A stretch of 64,000 nucleotides of DNA. It comes from Eledone cirrhosa. Lineage: Eukaryota. This document shows, piece after piece, positions 59,241-64,000 of this stretch; position 1 is the stretch's first letter, and each line of letters opens with the position of its first letter. Made by a program: the position numbers and the translations under genes. Below the pieces are notes generated by a model. That model was not told the origin of the DNA. It searched no databases and saw only the letters and a list, made by a program, of their open reading frames with translations. The stretch lies in NCBI GenBank assembly GCA_964016885.1, contig OZ024743.1:208568001-208632000 (forward strand). Reading direction: 5' to 3'.

Positions 59241-62200
59241 CCATCCTATAGCCACAGATGAAAGCTCTTCACTCCACAACATATACCACAGTTTCCCATC
59301 CTATAGCCACACATGAGAGCTCTTCACTCCATAAGATATACCACAGTTTACCATCCTATAACCACACATGAAAGCTCTTCACTCCATAAGATATACCACA
59401 GTTTACCATCCTATAGCCAGATGAAAGCTTTTCAATCCATAAGATATACCACAGTTTACCATCCTATAGCCACACATGAAAGCTCTTCACTCCATAAGAT
59501 ATACCACAGTTTACTATCCTATAGTCACACATGAAAGCTCTTCACTCCAGAAGATATACCACAGTTTACCATCCTATAGCCACACATGAAAGCTCTTCAC
59601 TCCATAAGATATACCACAGTTTACCATCCTATGGCCACAGATGAAAGCTCTTCACTCCATAAGATATACCACAGTTTACCATCCTATAGCCACAGATGAA
59701 AGCTCTTCACTCCATAAGATATACCACAGTTTACCATCCTATAGCCACAGATGAAAGCTCTTCATTCTATAAGATATACCACAGTTTACCATCCTATAGC
59801 CACACATGAACGCTCTTCACTCCATAAGATATACCACAGTTTACCATCCTATAGCCACGCATGAAAGCTCTTCACTCCATAAGATATACCACAGTTTACC
59901 ATCCTATAGCCACACATGAAAGCTCTTCACTCCATAAGATATACCACAGTTTACCATCCTATAGCCACAGATGAAAGCTCTTCACTCCATAAGATATACC
60001 ACAGTTTACCATCCTATAGCCGCAGATGAAAGCTCTTCACTCCATAAGATATACCACAGTTAACCATCCCATAGCCACACATGAGAGCTCTTCACTCCAT
60101 AAGATATACCACAGTTTACCATCCTATAGCCACACATGAAAGCTCTTCACTCCATAAGATATACCACAGTTTACCACCCTATAGCCAGATGAAAGCTTTT
60201 CAATCCATAAGATATACCACAGTTTACCATCCTATAGCCACAGATGAAAGCTCTTCACTCCATAACATATACCACAGTTAACCATCCTATAGCCACACAT
60301 GAGAGCTCTTCACTCCATAAGATATACCACAGTTTACCATCCTATAGCCACACATGAAAGCTCTTCAGTCCACAAGATATAACACATTTTACCATCCTAT
60401 AGCCACAGATGAAAGCTCTTCACTCCATAAGATATACCACAGTTTACCATCCTATAGCCACAGATGAAAGCTCTTCACTCCATAAGATATACCACAGTTT
60501 ACCATCCTATAATCACAGATGAAAGCTCTTCACTCCATAAAATATACCACAGTTTACCATCCTATAGCCACAGATGAAAGCTCTTCACTCCATAAGATAT
60601 ACAACAGTTTACCATCCTATAGCCAGATCAAAGCTCTTCACTCCATAAGATATACCACAGTTTACCATCCTATAGCCACAGATGAAAGCTCTTCACTCCA
60701 TAAGATATACCACAGTTTACCATCCTATAGCCACGCCACGGATGAAAGCTCTTCACTCCATAAGATATACCACAGTTTACCATCCTATAGCCACGCCACG
60801 GATGAAAGCTCTTCACTCCATAAGATATACCACAGTTTACCATCCTATAGGCAGATGAAAGTTCTTCACTCCATAAGATATACCACAGTTTACCATCATA
60901 TAGCCACACATGAAAGCTCTTCACTCCATAACATATACCACAGTTTACCATCCTATAGTCACACATGAGAGCTCTTCACTCCATAAGATATACCACAGTT
61001 TACCATCCTATAGCCACACATGAAAGCTCTTCACTCCATAAGATATACCACAGTTTACCATCCTATAGCCACGGATGAAAGCTCTTCACTCCATAAGATA
61101 TACCACAGTTTACCGTCCTATAGCCAGATGAAAGCTCTTCACTCCATAAGATATACCACAGTTTACCATCCTATAGCCACGCATGAAAGCTCTTCACTCC
61201 ATAAGATATACCACAGTTTACCATCCTATAGCCACACATGAGAGCTCTTCACTCCATAAGATATACCACAGTTTACCATCCTACAGCCACACATGAAAGT
61301 TTTTCACTCCATAAGATATACCACAGTTTACCATCCTATAGCCACAGATGAAAGCTCTTCACTCCATAAGATATACCACAGTTTACCATCCGATAGCCAC
61401 ACATGAAAGCTCTTCACTCCATAAGATATACCACAGTTTACCATCCTATAGCCACACATGAAAGCTCTTCACTCCATAAGATATACCACAGTTTACCATC
61501 CTATAGCCACAGATGAAAGCTCTTCACTCCATAAGATATACCACAGTTTACCATCCTATAGCCACAGATGAAAGCTCTTCACTCCACAACATATACCACA
61601 GTTTCCCATCCTATAGCCACACATGAGAGCTCTTCACTCCATAAGATATACCACAGTTTACCATCCTATAATCACACATGAAAGCTCTTCACTCCATAAG
61701 ATATACCACAGTTTACCATCCGATAGCCACACATGAAAGCTCTTCACTCCATAAGATATACCACAGTTTACCATCCTATGGCCACAGATGAAAGCTCTTC
61801 ACTCCATAAGATATACCACAGTTTACCATCCTATAGCCACAGATGAAAGCTCTTCACTCCATAAGATATACCACAGTTTACCATCCTATAGCCACAGATG
61901 AAAGCTCTTCATTCTATAAGATATACCACAGTTTACCATCCTATAGCCACACATGAACGCTCTTCACTCCATAAGATATACCACAGTTTACCATCCTATA
62001 GCCACGTATGAAAGCTCTTCACTCCATAAGATATACCACAGTTTACCATCCTATAGCCACACATGAAAGCTCTTCACTCCATAAGATATACCACAGTTTA
62101 CCATCCTATAGCCACAGATGAAAGCTCTTCACTCCATAAGATATACCACAGTTTACCATCCTATAGCCGCAGATGAAAGCTCTTCACTCCATAAGATATA

Positions 62201-64000
62201 CCACAGTTAACCATCCTATAGCCACACATGAGAGCTCTTCACTCCATAAGATATACCACAGTTTACCATCCTATAGCCACACATGAAAGCTCTTCACTCC
62301 ATAAGATATACTACAGTTTACCATCCTATAGCCAGATGAAAGCTTTTCAATCCATAAGATATACCACAGTTTACCATCCTATAGCCACAGATGAAAGCTC
62401 TTCACTCCATAACATATACCACAGTTAACCATCCTATAGCCACACATGAGAGCTCTTCACTCCATAAGATATACCACAGTTTACCATCCTATAGCCACAC
62501 ATGAAAGCTTTTCAGTCCACAAGATATAACACATTTTACCATCCTATAGCCACAGATGAAAGCTCTTCACTCCATAAGATATACCACAGTTTACCATCCT
62601 ATAGCCACACATGAAAGCTCTTCACTCCATAAGATATAACACAGTTTACCATCCTATAGTTACAGATGAAAGCTCTTCACCCCATAAGGTATACTACAGT
62701 TTACCATCCTATAGCCGCAGATGAAAGCTCTTCACTCCATAAGATATACGACAGTTTACCATCCTATAGCCGCAGATGAAAGCTCTTCACTCCATAAGAT
62801 ATACCACAGTTTACCATCCTATTACCACAGATGAAAGCTCTTCACTCCCTAAGATATACCACAGTTTACCATCCTATAGCCACACATGAAAGCTCTTCAC
62901 TCCATAAGATATACCACAGTTTACCATCCTATAGCCACACATGAAAGCTCTTCACTCCATAAGATATACCACAATTTACCATCCTATAGCCAGATGAAAG
63001 CTCTTCACTCCATAAGATATACCACAGTTTACCATCCTATAACCAGATGAAAGCTCTTCACTCCATAAGATATACCACAGTTTACCATCCTATGGCCACA
63101 GATGAAAGCTCTTCACTCCATAAGATATACCACAGTTTACCATCCTATAGCCGCAGATGAAAGCTCTTCACTCCATAAGATATACCACAGTTTACCATCC
63201 TATGGCCACAGATGAAAGCTCTTCACTCCATAAGATATACCACAGTTTACCATCCTATAGCCACACATGAAAGCTCTTCACTCCATAAGATATACCACAG
63301 TTTAACATCCTATAGCCAGATGAAAGCTCTTCACTCCATAAGATATACCACAGTTTACCATCCTATAGCCACAGATGAAAGCTCTTCACTCCATAACATA
63401 TACTACAGTTTACCATCATATAGGCACACATGAAAGCTCTTCACTTTCATAAGATATACCACAGTTTACAATCCTATAGCCACACATGAACGCTTTTCAC
63501 TCAATAAGATATACCACAGTTTACCATCCTATAGCCACACATGAAAGCTCTTCACTCCATAAGATATAACACAGTTTACAATCCTATAGTTACAGATGAA
63601 AGCTCTTCACTCCATAAGATATGCGACAGTTTACCATCCTATAGCCGCAGATGAAAGCTCTTCACTCCATAAGATATAACACAGTTTACCATCCTATAGC
63701 CACAGATGAAAGCTCTTCACTCCATAAGATATACCACAGTTTACCATCCTATAGCCACACATGAAAGCTCTTCACTCCATGAGATATACCACAGTTTACC
63801 ATCCTATAGCCACACATGAAAGCTCTTCACTCCATAAGATATACCACAGTTTACCATCCTATAGCCACACATGGAAGCTCTTCACTCCATGAGATATACC
63901 ACAGTTTACCATCCTATAGCCACACATGAAAGCTCTTCACTCCATAAGATATACCACAGTTTACCATCCTATAGCCACAAATGAAAGCTCTTCACTCCAT

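Larger units (their letters stand above)
1..64000 (+). repeat. 55-bp tandem satellite array (about 1,170 monomers, single orientation, extends past both window edges)
   Basis: ATGAAAGCTCTTCACTCCATAAGATATACCACAGTTTACCATCCTATAGCCACA(C/G) recurs head-to-tail from position 5 (next starts at 60, 115, 170) to the end. Most copies carry 0-3 substitutions. The C-ending consensus is A19 T14 C17 G5 (40% GC) with no CpG. Confidence 0.99.

Noticed and set aside
53823-60968. Longest ORFs (149 aa on +, 98 aa on -) in three copies
   Set aside because: They result from a chance run of 53- and 60-bp units plus substitutions removing minus-strand stops. The three copies simply follow the block duplications.
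500-63433. About 100 short + strand ORFs encoding MKALHSIRYTTVYHPIAT(H/D)ESSSLHKIYHSLPSYS repeats
   Set aside because: They are an arithmetic consequence of the repeat. Each 55-mer shifts frame by one, two frames are open, and the third begins with TGA. A 53-mer resets the frame (55+53 = 108 bp = 36 codons) and a 60-mer preserves it. There is no unique flanking sequence, recognisable domain or sign of frame preservation.
1-64000. CRISPR array or other repeat-spacer system
   Set aside because: There are no unique spacers. The variable junction is only 3-10 nt drawn from a few recurring alleles, and there is no leader or cas gene in the window.
1-64000. The C/G/53-bp junction pattern as an information-carrying code or programmed frameshift cassette system
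   Set aside because: The order of alleles is explained by inheritance through block duplication. Nothing in the window indicates a recombinase, expression site or reader.
1-64000. Telomeric repeat, rDNA/tRNA/snRNA tandem array, or embedded transposon
   Set aside because: There is no canonical telomere motif, and the unit has no evident stable fold or recognisable RNA-gene sequence. I saw no non-satellite insertion or inversion.
1-64000. Entire array as a sequencing or assembly artefact
   Set aside because: Linked, hierarchically shared variants and block-specific alleles are not expected from random error or collapse. Individual near-identical duplications still need read validation.

Overview
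The whole 64 kb window is one uninterrupted, head-to-tail satellite array, with roughly 1,170 copies of a 55-bp monomer (estimated as window length divided by mean unit length). The consensus is ATGAAAGCTCTTCACTCCATAAGATATACCACAGTTTACCATCCTATAGCCACA(C/G). All copies lie in one orientation, and I saw no unique sequence, spacer, transposon or gene. Recurrent length variants are 53 bp (loss of 2 nt, ...TAGCCAG|ATG) and 60 bp (GCCAC duplicated), with rare 54- and 56-bp units. All listed ORFs are by-products of the repeat: a 55+53 pair is 108 bp, or 36 codons. The real structure lies above and below the monomer. Diagnostic variant monomers reveal nested block duplications without a fixed period (offsets 55, 165, 275, 656, 984, 993, 1475, 2298, 2521, 2588, 2970, 4386, about 5.4-5.5 kb and about 11.5 kb). 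They also show a conserved order of marker monomers, stepwise mutation series, and a change of variant repertoire at about 39.5-45 kb. The monomer itself has about 11-bp CCA phasing and an internal near-duplication. This looks like eukaryotic heterochromatic satellite DNA, but I cannot name the family, organism or function from the sequence alone. I found no support for a novel protein-coding or CRISPR-like system.
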